Source: Mobula hypostoma (taxonomy: Eukaryota). Taken from it: a stretch of DNA of 64,000 nucleotides. The stretch is taken from the NCBI RefSeq assembly GCF_963921235.1, contig NC_086106.1, positions 25,296,001 through 25,360,000 on the forward strand, in the 5' to 3' direction. The notes beneath the pieces were generated by a model. The model did no database searches, was not told the origin of the DNA, and was given only the letters and a program-made list of their open reading frames with translations. Each line of letters starts with the position of its first letter. The stretch's first letter is position 1. Positions 49,190 through 61,482 of the stretch are shown piece after piece. The translations under genes were made by a program, and so were the position numbers.

Positions 49190-49480
49190 TGCGGATAGGG
49201 AAACGGATAAGACACCGATCTGTCATGATCTTGAATGTACCACTGACAAGATCTTCCAGTTTCCGATTAGGTACCGCTCAATGATGCTGTCTGCCCTTCT
49301 TCAATCATTAATTCTTTGGGAATGCGGATCACGGAATCAGCCCCACTTCCTATCTGTAACAAACCCGTGAGTGTATGATCGGCGCCTACTCACACTGACC
49401 AGGTAGAGCACTGGATATTCCAACAGCCGGAGCTCTACTTGTCTTGTCAGAACAGCAATGAAGACCAGCATGTACCACAT
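49190..49480 (-). pseudogene. V pseudogene, 5' half
   Basis: MWYMLVFIAVLT leader-like; GSGADSVIRIPKELMIEEGQTASLSGT*...QWYIQ. Confidence 0.7.
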
Positions 49481-52200
49481 TAGGAATTTGGTGTCCGCAT
49501 TACTTTCAAGAGCGGTACATTTTGATAATATTGCCCTGATGGAACAGAACCGACAAAGATTATGTGGGCAATAGACGTCATTTTCTCTACATCTGACTGG
49601 TCGCTTGCTCCAGATGAGTGAATTTTAAAACCAATCCGAAAATATATATGCTACTACAATGCTCATCGGACCTTCTCAAACGTCCTCCTCCTGCTTTCAG
49701 TTTCCTCTCCTCGCTTCTTTCTTTGCTGTCACCACATCTCTCGTATCTCTCTCTCCCTATGTTTCTAACTTTCCTCATTCCCTTCTTTCCTCTGATTCTA
49801 ACTCACACTGTCTCTCCCTCTATCTATCGCTCTGCCTCTTTCCATCTTATATTTCTCCCGAGTCTCTGATACGACCTCTCTCTAATTTCCTTCTACTTTA
49901 AACTTACGTCACTACCTGCCCCTCTACACCTGACGATACCTGTCTCGGAATCCGATCGCTCTTGCTTTCTCATCCAACTCTGGCAGTGTTTAGTGTTTGC
50001 GAGTTTTTAGAAACATAGAAACAGAGAACCAGAAAACCTATAGCACCTTACAGGCCCTTCGGCCCACTAAGCTGTGCCGAACATGTACTTACTTTAGAAA
50101 TAACATTGGGTACCCAGGTTTTCTTTAGCTTTTCGTGCGGCGGTGGGTGATTGATGTTTTTTTTTCAATTACACTATGTTTAATTGTATACTAAGGCCAT
50201 TTGCAGAAGAGATAAATTTCAGAATTGCATTCTATATACTTACTTTGATGGTAAAATGAGGCTTTGAAATTTTGAAAAATCGAAGATATATAATAGTTAA
50301 TGTAGCACAGTGTTTTTCTCTGCCTTTATTTATCAAGTATTTCATTGTAAGGCAGCCGAGGAAACATATTTTACGACACATGTGTTGATATAAACTCCGG
50401 TTCTGCACATTTCAAGTGCCTCTGTGTAAGCAGACGGTACAACGACGTTGACGCCACGGCCAACATACCTCAGCAGAACTCTGTATGGCATACTACTAAA
50501 GAAGTTTGGTATGTCGCCATCGGTACGTAGAAATACTTAACGATGCTTCTCGTCTTGGTATTGCAACCGCTCTGCCCATGGCTACAAGACTCTGCAGAGT
50601 TAGAGACACATCTGACAAACCAGCCTACCTTCCGTGAATTTTGTCGCGTCGGTGAAGCCGCCATCTTAAATAAAAACAAAAATAAAATAACTTCATCAAC
50701 CCCGGATATTCCACCATCTCCCCATCTTTACCATCCGTTCTTCCATGGGGCAGAAACAAAAAAACAGTGGAAACTCGGACAACAAGTCGCAAGTGCAGCT
50801 ACAGCACTCTCGAAATAAAATTGGATGGTTGCAAGCAAGATCAGGTGCACTCTTCATTTCGCAGCATACATGGCCGTGGCTCTTGTACCTTGCAGTCTAA
50901 CTGTGCTACACGTTCTCGGTATTTAATACTTTATTCTGTGTCCTGCTGTTGTCTTACCTTGAACTACTTCAATGCAGTTTATAACAACCTAACTGAAAGC
51001 GCAGTGGATGTGGCAGTCTCAATCAGGGTTTTTTTAAATATATTTTTAAAGAAACTTGATTTTCTTTGTCCTTTTGTCTCTGAACTGTATTTCTCCGAGT
51101 CACCTCGTTCCTTTTCATTGTCTCTGTACTGCTTACCGTTTATCGGTTGTCTTTCGATGAGCTCTGGGTGTGCCCTTTGCTTTGCACGTGTCTCATTTGG
51201 CACTAAGGGGATTGCTAACCTCTGTTTGTATTTATCACTTTTCAAAAAACGGGAACTTTCAATTAGTAAGACATTTTCAACGTCTGTAATGATAGTTGTT
51301 TGTGTGGGGGATGATTTCTTTGCCTGGCACTTGTGTTACAGAATACTACGAATTTCCTAAGTGCTCCAGGGTGTATTTCGCCAGGGGCGGTTGGCGGGGT
51401 ATTTGATGCCAGCCCCTCTTTGCTAGGTACCTGTTGTTCCTTGCCGGGTGGCACTCCGGCCGAGATTTTCTGTGTATCAGGATTGATTTTAGTTCGTCAA
51501 GATTATATACAGTTGCCTGAGCTCTTATTCGTTTTTTTCTTGTTAATTTTTGTAGTAACTCTTTACTTTTATTTTAATTGCTGAGGTCACGGTGATTCCT
51601 GTTTTTGATCCCTGGTGACCCACACAGCGGCAAATTTTTCACAATACTTTTGTATAGATGACAATATTTACCACAAATCTAAATCTCCTCAGACTCTCTA
51701 TCTCGATCACTCAAAATGATTGTTAATCATATCAAATCGTCTAATCTGTATTTTTTTTTCGTTTTAGTATTTAATTGTCTATCAGACACATTGCACCTGA
51801 AAACTTCACGTATGTTGATTGTAGCAAAACATCGGATGTTTGTTAGAAATGTAAAAATCCAATATGTCCACAGTTCCCTTACTCAAGATGTAATGAGTCG
51901 AAGATATCTAGCAGAGCGGTAAATGGCAATTTCCACCAAAGTTGTCAACAACAGGCAGGAAAAAAAAAGAGCGCCGTATCCCATTAGATGTACCTCGCTG
52001 AAGTCCCTATTTGCACAGGGACACTTTTATGAGTGAAAACTGGAAGTCTGAAGTTCAAAGGTTAAAATACATATATGACACTTTATATTGCCCTGAAATT
52101 CTTCTTCCAGGCATTCACAGTAAATGAAAAGAAACACGATAGAATCGAAGAAAATCTGCAACGACGAACAAACATCCCAAATTCAACCGGCCGCAAATTA

Positions 52201-52830
52201 GAAACCATAGAACCATAGAAACTACAGCACAGAAACAGTCCTTTTGGCCCTTCTTGTCTGTGCCGAACCATTTTCTGCCTAGCCCTACTGACCTGCACAC
52301 GGACCATATCCCTCCATACACCTTCCATCCATGTATCTGTCCAATTTATTCTTAATTGTTAAAAAGAACCCGTATTTACCACCTCGTCTGGCAGCTCATT
52401 CCATACTCCCACCACTCGCTGTGTGAAGAAGACCCACCCCACAATGTTCCCTTTAAACTTTTCCCCCCTCACCCTTAACCCATGTCCTCTGTTTTTTTTT
52501 CTCCCCTTGCCTCAGTGGAAAAAGCCTGCTTGCATTCACTCTACCTATACCCATCATAATTTTATATACCTCTATCAAATCTCCCCTCATTCTTCTACGC
52601 TCCAGGGAATAAAGTCCTAACCTATTCAACCTTTCTCTGTAACCTGTTTCTCAAGTCCCGTCAACAACCTTGTAAACCTTCTCAGCACTCTTTCAACCTT
52701 ATTTATATCCTTCCTGTAATTTGGTGACCAAAACTGAACTCAATGCTCCAGACTCGGCCTCACCAATGCCTTATACAACCTCATCATAACATTTCAGCTC
52801 TTATACTCAATACTTCGATTAATAAGTTAA
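52201..52830 (-). mobile_element. 5'-truncated CR1 3' end
   Basis: (AACCATAG)n tail at ~52203-52222 and RT C-terminal sequence; flanked by AAATTA; empty site at the paralog near 63266. Confidence 0.85.
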
Positions 52831-53319
52831 TAAATTATGCAAATACAAACAAGAAAAACAATCAAAATGATAATAAGTAAAGAACCCTATGTCAAAGACA
52901 TTGAGAACAAGAGTTACAGCGTCCTTGAAAGTGAATCCATAGGCTGTGGAAACCATTGATGGAGTGAGTGAAGTTATCTATTCTGGTTCAAGAGACTGTT
53001 GGGTGAGGGGCTACAGCTGTTTCTAAACCTCAGCGCGTCTAAGTCTCATGTGCCTCCTTCCTGATGACAGCATGCAGTGGAGAGCATGATCTAAATGGTG
53101 GTAGTTCTTTTTGATGGAAGCTGCCTTCCTCCTTGTTCAATGGTAGGGCGAGCTTTACCTGCGATGAACTACGCTGCATTCACAACTTCTCGTAGGCTTG
53201 AGGAATAACTTCTGTCGCTTGGGCAGCACACTTAGTGTCGAGCACTTAGATGTCAATGGTGACCCTCAGTAACGTGCGTGCATCATTTCTACTTTCACTG
53301 CGACGTGTCCTGTACTGAG

Positions 53320-53625
53320 AGCCTATTTAAATACAAAGGACATATTTCGTAATTCATCTCCAGAATCCATATTATATTTAATTGTACGGTTTCCTGTATT
53401 TCTCCGAAGCAGTGGGTATATCTCACTGGGCATTCTGTACACTGTTTCATCTCTCCTAACTCACATATCTTCACCCTATATATAGGAGATCCCTGATGAT
53501 GCTGGGTGTTCAAAAATATATATAAAAATTGGAACTCGTGTCATTGCCGTTCAGTTTTATTGTCTGTTCTTCCCAGGTCAGTAATCTCGCAGTCTCCTGT
53601 GTCAATGAATCGCTTGTCATCGTTC
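53320..53625 (-). pseudogene. TRAV-like pseudogene
   Basis: TSDSLTQETARLLTWEEQTIKLN...QHHQGSP.Y..K...ECPVRY...TVQLNI; frameshift; acceptor mutated. Confidence 0.7.
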
Positions 53626-53811
53626 CATCAACAAAGCACATAGCAGCCAAACTCCTCAGGACTGTGCTTGATCCTTGGAACATTCAGGAACAACTTGGGG
53701 TACCTGGTGCAACGACTGGGACAATTTGTGATGACGACGTCAAAAACGTTGCGGGGAAATTCAGATAATAATCCTGATCAGCTGTGATTTGTGTGCTCTC
53801 TGGATTTTGAC

Positions 53812-54506
53812 TGTCACGTACCTCGTGACGGGTTAAACGACCAGCAGAAATGGGAAACACTTTGGAGTCCATTATTTCTATTAACTAATGGTGTTTATTA
53901 GTAACTACGCAATACAGTAATATAAAATCAGATATATAAAACAGGTTAGCAATGATTATAAATATGTCAGTGTGGAAATGTATGAAAAGCAAGCTTCTTC
54001 AAGTCTAGGGGTAAATAGATATCTTACGAATATGAGTAAAGGTCAGTTCAGTTCGTGGTATTGAGTCGAGTAGTGATGGAGAGAGAGAGAGAAAGAAGGA
54101 GAGATCTGAGTCTTCAGGTGAGCTGACTCCGTCGATCTTCCCGTTATCCTCCGAAATCCTTTAGAAGTCACTGACTGTGATCACAGCAAAGGGGACTGTT
54201 CTTCCGTGGTGGGATGATCAACCCAGTCGAGGGTTGGACCCAAGAATAACTCCCCCGGTCACATCCTTTCCGCACTGCGAGAGCCACTGATCGATCCTCC
54301 AAAACCACAACTTTTCCGTGGGCACAACAAAGTTAATTCTGTGTCCAAAACCATGTGTCTGTAGGTCTAACTGCTGACTTTTTTATCTCACGGTGCTGAA
54401 CGGCAACTGTCCATCTAGCAGCCCCTCCCTTCTCTCTCTATAAGAACTTGGAAGCTGACAGTGTCCTTGTAGAAAGTATAAACAAAGTGTGACCAGTCTT
54501 CACCTC

Positions 54507-54547
<41 letters not shown>

Positions 54548-54637
54548 TTAACACAATGTCTGTGTTGAACAACTCTCTCGCTCTCTCTCTTTAAAGGTAT
54601 AGTCCATCAAAAATATGATCCCTAGGGGTGCATAACA
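53812..54637. mobile_element. Solo LTR related to the LTRs of the 7022-11902 element
   Basis: TGTCACGTACCTCGTGAC...CCAGCAGAAATGG...TCTAGGGGTAAAT...TAACA shares motifs with 7022-7886; TSD not matched (TGAC/CTAC), so the end point is uncertain. Confidence 0.7.
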
Positions 54638-54888
54638 CTACCATATGTGTAAGATCTCCGCTTTAACTCCACACCCTGCATCGGTCTCTTTCTCTCTCGT
54701 ATCTCAACTTTTACTTCCCTCCCTCTCCGTCTCTCTTCGTTTTGTGCCTGCCTTTCTCGTTCGCATTGCTGGTCCCTCTTTACTTCGTCTCTTGACCTCT
54801 CCTTCGACTTCCTCTTCCCCTTTTCCTCCGAATGTCTTTCTCTCCAATTGTTGTTCGCTTTCTCTACCTGTCTCTGCTGATCTCTTAC

Positions 54889-54892
<4 letters not shown>

Positions 54893-54960
<68 letters not shown>
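54893..54960. repeat. (CT)n microsatellite in a pyrimidine-rich tract
   Basis: More than 30 CT units. Confidence 0.95.
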
Positions 54961-54961
<1 letters not shown>

Positions 54962-55140
54962 CCTCTCTTCCTCAATCTCTCTTTCTCGAATTGCTCCTTT
55001 CTCTGCCAAGATTATTTCACCTGCTGCTCTTTGGAACTAGAAATTTCCTCTAAGAGAGAGATAATATTGACTGGATCCCTTGGGTATCATCTGCTTCAAG
55101 ATAACATACTAGTGAAGCAACTCTAGCTCGTGATCGGTAT

Positions 55141-55222
55141 GGTGAGTTGGCTGAATGATTAAAGATGACAGCTACTTTCTCAATGCGCTCTCGATGCACG
55201 TACTCGAACCCCATCTTTTTCG
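55141..55222 (+). pseudogene. Decayed tRNA-Ser(GCT)-like sequence
   Basis: GGTGAGTTGGCTGAATGATTAAAG...GCGCTCT...TCGAACCCCATCTT aligns by eye with vertebrate tRNA-Ser-GCT (recalled sequence); A and B boxes are damaged. Confidence 0.5.
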
Positions 55223-55479
55223 ATTGATGTAATTTCTGATTTTTCTTGTCGGTCCATTATATTTTCCATTTTCAAAGTGTAATGAATCAAGAGTTAATTC
55301 ACTTATTGAAAACAAAATGGCGGCCGCCGGATGTTCAAATCGGGATACATTAATTGCCTGGGAACTTATGTGGAAGGAGAATGGTTTGATCTTTCCTCGA
55401 AACAATCTCACAAGTTGTGAAACTTCGCGGGTTCTTCGAATGTAAGTAGAGGGGTCACACATCCGAAACGTGTTAGGAA

Positions 55480-58400
55480 GGCCAGTTGTGAACCAAGATT
55501 GGAGGATCATCCTCCCTCATGGCCACATCTGCGCCAGGTGCACCGAGTTGCAGCTCCTCAGAGACCGTGTTAGGGATCTGGAGCTGTAGCTTGATGACCT
55601 ACTGCTTATCAGGGAAAGTGAAGAGGTGATAGACAGGAGCTACAGGGAAGTGGTTATCCCAAAGCTACAGAAGTCATAACACTGGGTCACTGTCAAGAGA
55701 GGGGAGGGAAATGCCCGGATAGTGGAGAGCACCCCTGTGGCTGTCCCCCTCAGCAACAAATATCTTGTTCTGGATGCTGTTGAGGGGGATGACCTGACGG
55801 GGGACACCACGGTGACCTTATTTCTGGCACTGAGCCTGGCGCTGTTGTGCAGGAGAGAAGGAGGCAGATGAGAAATGCGATAGTCGTGGGGGACTCCATA
55901 GTCAGGGGAACAGACAGGAGATTCTGTGGGCCTGACAGAGATACCCGCATGGTGTGTTGCCTCCCAGGTGCCAGGGTACGGGATGTCTCGGATCGGGTCC
56001 TGAATATTCTAAAGGGGGAGGGTGAGCAGCCAGTTGTCTTGGTACATGTTGGTACCAATGACATAGATAGGACAAAGGAGGAGGTCCTGAAGACAGATTT
56101 CCAGGAGTTAGGGAAGAAGCTGAGAAGCAGGACCGCCAGGGTAGTAATCTCGGGATTGCTACACGTGCCACATGCTAGCGAGGGCAAGAGTAGTCGGATC
56201 AGGCAGATGAATGCGTGGCTGAGAGACTGGTGTAGGGGGCAGGGCTTCAGATTCTTGGATAATTGGGATCTCTTCTGGGGGAAGTATGACCTGTTCAAAG
56301 AGGACAGGCTACACCTGAACCCGAAGGCGACCAATATCCTGGCGGGAAAGTTTAATAGAGCTGTTAGGGTGTGTTTAACCTAATTTGGCAGGGGGATGGG
56401 AACCGGAATGATAGAGCGGAGGCAGGGGAAAACAGAAATAAATCTAAGATAGTGAGCAGTAAAGATGTCAGGAAAGACAGGCGGGTGATGGGGCAAATTT
56501 GTAACCATTCGGACGAGTTGCAGTGCAATAAAGTTGCAGGGAAATCAAAGCAAAAAGTATCAAATACTGGTCTTAAGGTGTTGCACTTAAATGCACGCAG
56601 CATAAGGAATAAGGTGGATGATCTTGTTGTACAGCTACAGATTGGCAGGTATGATATTGTGGCCATCACTGAGACCTGGCTAAAGGATGCATGTCTCTGG
56701 GAGCTGAACGTCCAAGGATACACGGTGTATCGGAAGGATAGGAAGGTAGGCAGAGGGGGAGGCGTGGCTTTATTGGTAAGAAATGATATTAAATCATTTG
56801 AAAGAGGTGATATAGGATCGGAAGGTGCAGAACTTTTATGGGTTGAGCTAAGAAACAGCAGGGGTAAAAGGACCCTTATGGCAGTTATTTATAGGCTTCC
56901 AAACAGCCGCAGGGATGTGGACTACAAATTACAACTGAAATAAAAAAGGCTTGTCAGAATGGCAGTGTTATGATAATTGTGGGGGATTTTAACATGCGAG
57001 TAGATTGGGAAAATCAGGCCAGCAGTGGATCTCAAGAGAGAGAATTTGTAGAATGTCTGCGAGATGGCTTTTTAGAACAGCTTCTTGTTGAGCCTACTAG
57101 GGGATCGGCTGTACTGGATTGGGTATTGTGTAATGAACCGGAGGTGATTGGAGAGATTGAGGTGAAGGAACCCTTAGGAGGCAGTGATCATAACATGATT
57201 GAGTTCACTGTGAAATTAGAAAAAGAGAAGCCGAAATCTGATGTGTCGGTATTTCAGTGGAGTAAAGGAAATTACAGTGGCATGAGAGAGGAACTGTCCA
57301 AAGTTGACTGAGAAGAGACACTGGCGGGAAAGACAGCAGAGCAGCAGTGGCTGGAGTTTATGCGAGAAATGAGGAATGTGCAAGACAAGTATATTCCAAA
57401 AAAGAAGAAATTTTCGAGTGGGAAAAGGATGCAACCTTGGTTGACAAGAGAAGTCAAAGCCAAAGTTAAAGCAAAAGAGAGGGCATACAGGGAAGCAAAA
57501 ATTAGTGGGAAGAGAGAGGATTGGGAAGCTTTTAAAACCTTACAAAAGGAAACCAAGAAGGTCATTAAGACAGAAAAGATTAACTATGAAAGGAAGATAG
57601 CAAATAATATCGAAGAGGATACTAAAAGCTTTTTCAAGTATATAAAGAGTAAAAGAGAGGTGAGAGTAGATATAGGACCGATAGAAAATGATGCTGGAGA
57701 AATTGTAATGGGAGATGAGGAGATGGCAGAGGAACTGAACAAGTATTTTGCATCAGTCTTCACTGAGGAAGACAGCAGTATACCGCAACACTCAAGGGTG
57801 GCAGGGAAGAGAAGTGTGCGCAGTCACAATTACGACAGAGAAAGTACTCAGGAAGCTGAATAGGCTAAAGGTAGATAAATCTCCTGGACCAGATGGAATG
57901 CACCCTCGTGTTCTGAAGGACGTAGCTGTGGAGATTGCGGAGACATTAGCGATGATCTTTCAAAAGTCGATAGATTCTGGCATGGTTCCGGAGGACTGGA
58001 AGATTGCAAATGTCACTCCGCTATTTAAGAAGGGAGCAAGGAAGCAAAAAGGAAATTATAGACCTGTTAGCTTGACATCCGTGGTTGGGAAGTTGTTGGA
58101 GTCGATTTTCAAGGATGAGGTTACAGAGTACCTGGAGGCATATGACAAGACAGGCAGAACTCAGCATGGATTCCTTAAAGGAAAATCCTGCCTGACAAAC
58201 CTATTACAATGTTTTGAGGAAATTACCAGTAGGCTAGTCAAGAGAGATGCAGTGGATGTTGTATATTTGGATTTTCAGAAGGCCTTTGACAAGGTGCCAC
58301 ACATGAGGCTACTTAACAAGGTAAGAGCCCATGTTATTACGGGAAAGTTACATACGTGGATAGAGCGTTGGCTGATTGGCAGGAAACAGAGAGTGGGAAT

Positions 58401-59470
58401 AAAGGGATCCTATTCTGGTTGGCTGCCGGTTACCAGTGGTGTTCCGCAGCGCTCAGTGTTGGGGCCGCTTCTTTTTACATTATACATCAACGATTTAGAT
58501 TATGGAATAGAAGGCTTTGTGACTAAGTTTGCTGACGATACGAAGATAGGTGGAGGGGCCGGTAGTGCTGAGGAAACGGAGAGTCTGCAGAGAGACTTGG
58601 ATAGATTGGAAGAATGGTCAGAGAAGTGGCAAATGAAGTACAATGTTGGAAAGTGTATGGTTATGCACTTTGGCAGAAAAAATAAACGGGCAGACTATTA
58701 TTTAAATGGGGAAAGAATTCAAAGTTCTGAGATGCAACGGGACTTGGGAGTCCTCGTACAGGATACCCTTAAAGTTAACCTCCAGGTTGAGTCAGTCGTG
58801 AAGAAGGCGAATGCAATGTTGGCATTCATTTCTAGAGGAATAGAGTATAGGAGCAGGGATGTGATGTTGAGGCTCTATAAGGCGCTGGTGAGACCTCACT
58901 TAGAGTACTGTGGGCAGTTTTGCTCTCCTTATTTAAGAAAGGATGTGCTGACGTTGGAGAGGGTACAGAGAAGATTCACTAGAATGATTCCGGGAATGAG
59001 AGGGTTAACATATGAGGAACGTTTGTCCGCTCTTGGACTGTATTCCTTGGAGTTTAGACGAATGAGGGGAGACCTCATAGACACATTTCGAATGTTAAAA
59101 GGCATGGACAGAGTGGATGTGGCAAAGTTGTTTCCCATGATGGGGGAGTCTAGTACGAGAGGGCATGACTTAAGGATTGAAGGGCAACCTTTCAGGACAG
59201 AAATGCGAAGAATTTTTTTTAGTCAGAGGGTGCTGAATCTATGGAATTTGTTGCCACGGGCAGCAGTGGAGGCCAAGTCATTGGGTGTATTTAAGGCAGA
59301 GATTGATAGGTATTTGAGTAGCCAGGGCATCAAAGTTTCTGGTGAGAAGGCAGGGGAGTGGGACTAAATAGGAGAAAATGGATCAGCTCATGATAAAATG
59401 GCGGAGCAGACTCGATGGGCCAAATGGCCTACTTCTGCTCCTTTGTCTTATGGTCTTATGGTCTTATGGA
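55480..59470 (+). mobile_element. Near-full-length CR1 LINE (ORF1 zinc-finger/coiled-coil/SGNH-like; ORF2 APE-RT), disrupted by stops and frameshifts
   Basis: HICARCTELQLLRDRV; IVVGDSIVRG...VHVGTND...DRLHLNPKA; NARSIRNK, ITETWL, SDHN; RT ORF 57748-59367 with FADD; tail (CTTATGGT)n. Confidence 0.95.
57748..59367 (+). CDS. CR1 ORF2 reverse-transcriptase portion (539-aa open fragment of a disrupted ORF2)
   Basis: YRPVSLTS, QHGF...KSCLTNL, LDFQKAFD, VPQRSVLGP, KFADDTK. Confidence 0.85.
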   Translation: MHQSSLRKTAVYRNTQGWQGREVCAVTITTEKVLRKLNRLKVDKSPGPDGMHPRVLKDVAVEIAETLAMIFQKSIDSGMVPEDWKIANVTPLFKKGARKQKGNYRPVSLTSVVGKLLESIFKDEVTEYLEAYDKTGRTQHGFLKGKSCLTNLLQCFEEITSRLVKRDAVDVVYLDFQKAFDKVPHMRLLNKVRAHVITGKLHTWIERWLIGRKQRVGIKGSYSGWLPVTSGVPQRSVLGPLLFTLYINDLDYGIEGFVTKFADDTKIGGGAGSAEETESLQRDLDRLEEWSEKWQMKYNVGKCMVMHFGRKNKRADYYLNGERIQSSEMQRDLGVLVQDTLKVNLQVESVVKKANAMLAFISRGIEYRSRDVMLRLYKALVRPHLEYCGQFCSPYLRKDVLTLERVQRRFTRMIPGMRGLTYEERLSALGLYSLEFRRMRGDLIDTFRMLKGMDRVDVAKLFPMMGESSTRGHDLRIEGQPFRTEMRRIFFSQRVLNLWNLLPRAAVEAKSLGVFKAEIDRYLSSQGIKVSGEKAGEWD

Positions 59471-59889
59471 TATCCTGTGTAAGTGTCTCTCAACTTATGA
59501 TATTTGTAAATACAACTGGAAGCAGCAAGTATGCAGAAACATATGTTGTGAAAGTTTTTGAACGGAATGGAATTGGACGTGACCATCTGCCACGACAGCC
59601 TCCAAAGCATCCAATTTACCGATCCGACGTCAGATCAGTCTTCCAAAGTATGAACTCGTGAAAAGCATCTGACCCCTTTAAGGTCACTGCACGTGTCCTT
59701 CGATCTCTTCCACAGATCTTTAACATCTCCACACTTCAATATAAAATGATTCCATCGAAGTTGCCGCCACGCTAAATGTTAATAAGTTCAACAAGAAGTT
59801 GCACCAGACATGCTTTGTAAAGTTTTCATTTGTATCTCGAGGTGCGCAATCAGGTGAAGAACAGCAACTCAAGTTTGGATGTTGTTGTT

Positions 59890-61100
59890 CCTGATTCCGC
59901 TCCTCTTAAGACTATTTTCAGCTGTAAATTCCCGCCCTCCACTCCGCCACCACAGGAAACAATCTTTGCACGGCTACCCCATCCAGGCCTTTCCACATTC
60001 GATGTTTCAATGAGATCCACCTACTCATTCCGCTGAATTCCCCCGAGTACAGGCACAGAGCAATCGCACCCTCCTCTATGATAAGCCGTTCAATCCTGGA
60101 ATCATTTCCGTGAAACTCCTTTGAAATTTCTTCAATTACAGCGTATCGTCTCATGAATAGGGCTTCCAAACTGCTCACAATCCTCCATTAGTCCTCAGGA
60201 AATGAATGCTAACGTTCCTTTCGTAACACACTTCCTCTATAATCCAGCTACCACATCGTCAGTCTTATCTTCCCGGTTCCCATCTCCCTGCCAATTTTTT
60301 TGAACCATACAGAACCGCTTTAGCAAACCTACCGAAAGGATACTAGTCCCCCTCGGGATTAGGTGTAATCCGTCTATTTTCTACAAGCCGTACCATTCAC
60401 AGAAACGATCCCAATGAAGCAGAAATCTGAACCAACTGCGCCCTGCGCCTTTCCTCAGTCATGCATTTATATGCGAAATGCTCCTATTTTCACACTTTCT
60501 GGCTAGTTGCAGATACACAAATCCAGAGATTACTCTCCAGAAGGTCCTGCTTTTCAGCTTTCTACCATACTCCCTCAACTCTTTCTTCAGTACCTCCTCG
60601 CAAATCCTACCTGTATCGTTGATGACGACACGTCTCAAGACTTCTGCTGCTAATCTTTCCCCTTGAGAATGGCGTGGAAGCAATCCGAAACAACTCTGCC
60701 TGGAACTTAGAAGATAACATATTATCCATGAGTCTCATCCCGTCCATAGAATCCCGAATCTGTTCTTCTAACTATGGAATATCCTATCACTACTGCCGTC
60801 CAGTTTACCTCTCATCTCTTCTGAATCTCAGTGCAGGAGGCTTGGCCGCTGTTTCGCCCACGGTAGCTTGTCCCCATTAACAGTATCAAACACTAGCATA
60901 TCCATTATGGAGTGGAAAGGCCACAGGGGTACAGTCCACTACCTTCTCCTGAAAGTCACCCAGTTCTCTACCTCCTGCATCTTGGGGGTAACTACCTTCC
61001 TGGTCCTCCTATATATCGCCTGCTCAGTCTCCTGTATGAACAGAAGTTCCTGGACCTGAAGCGCCCGTGCTTTCACAAGTCCTCTGAGGAGTTGAACTTC
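59890..61100 (-). mobile_element. Old, internally deleted CR1 (ORF1 remnant plus 3' RT remnant)
   Basis: HICTRCTEVQLLR; VINDTGR..EEVLKKELREYGRKLKSRT; QRLFP near 59960-60000. Confidence 0.75.
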
Positions 61101-61236
61101 GGTACACCTGGTGCATATATGATTATACGAGAAGCTGGAGATCTCTCTGAATCTCACGTCTCACACAAAGAATACAATACCTCCCCTGGAACCATTCTCG
61201 CTGCTCTACCTACCGGCAGCCGAAGAATGAAGAATG

Positions 61237-61283
61237 AAGGATAAGAAGAAGAGGAAGAAGAAGAAGAGGAAAAAGAAGAAGCA
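61237..61283. repeat. (AAG)n microsatellite
   Basis: Visible tandem AAG. Confidence 0.9.
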
Positions 61284-61404
61284 ACGTTTCAGGCACTTAT
61301 CTTACCCAAGCCTGATGAAACCAATTCAAATTCTTCCCGCTCCAACAATTGCTGCTACACTAGCAGTTGCCCTATTTGTATTCACCCTTCGGGGTGAATG
61401 CCGT

Positions 61405-61482
61405 TTACTGATAGACCGCAGTTCAAAGTTCCGACGATAGGCTGTTAATAACCATTGTTTTGCACCCGTGGGTTCGAATACT
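61405..61482 (+). pseudogene. Decayed tRNA-Ser(GCT)-like sequence
   Basis: GACGATAGGCTGTTAATAACCATTGTTTTGCACCCGTGGGTTCGAAT versus tRNA-Ser GGCGATGGACTGCTAATCCATTGTGCTCTGCACGCGTGGGTTCGAAT (recalled). Confidence 0.55.

Noticed and set aside
50400-51650. Possible L1/other LINE 5' and ORF1 remnants (AAGATGGCGG start, charged coiled-coil-like ORF)
   Set aside because: Not enough recognisable motifs to assign.
54622-55053. ER/RE-rich or SL-rich ORFs (also 37344-37720)
   Set aside because: Translations of CT/GA microsatellites.
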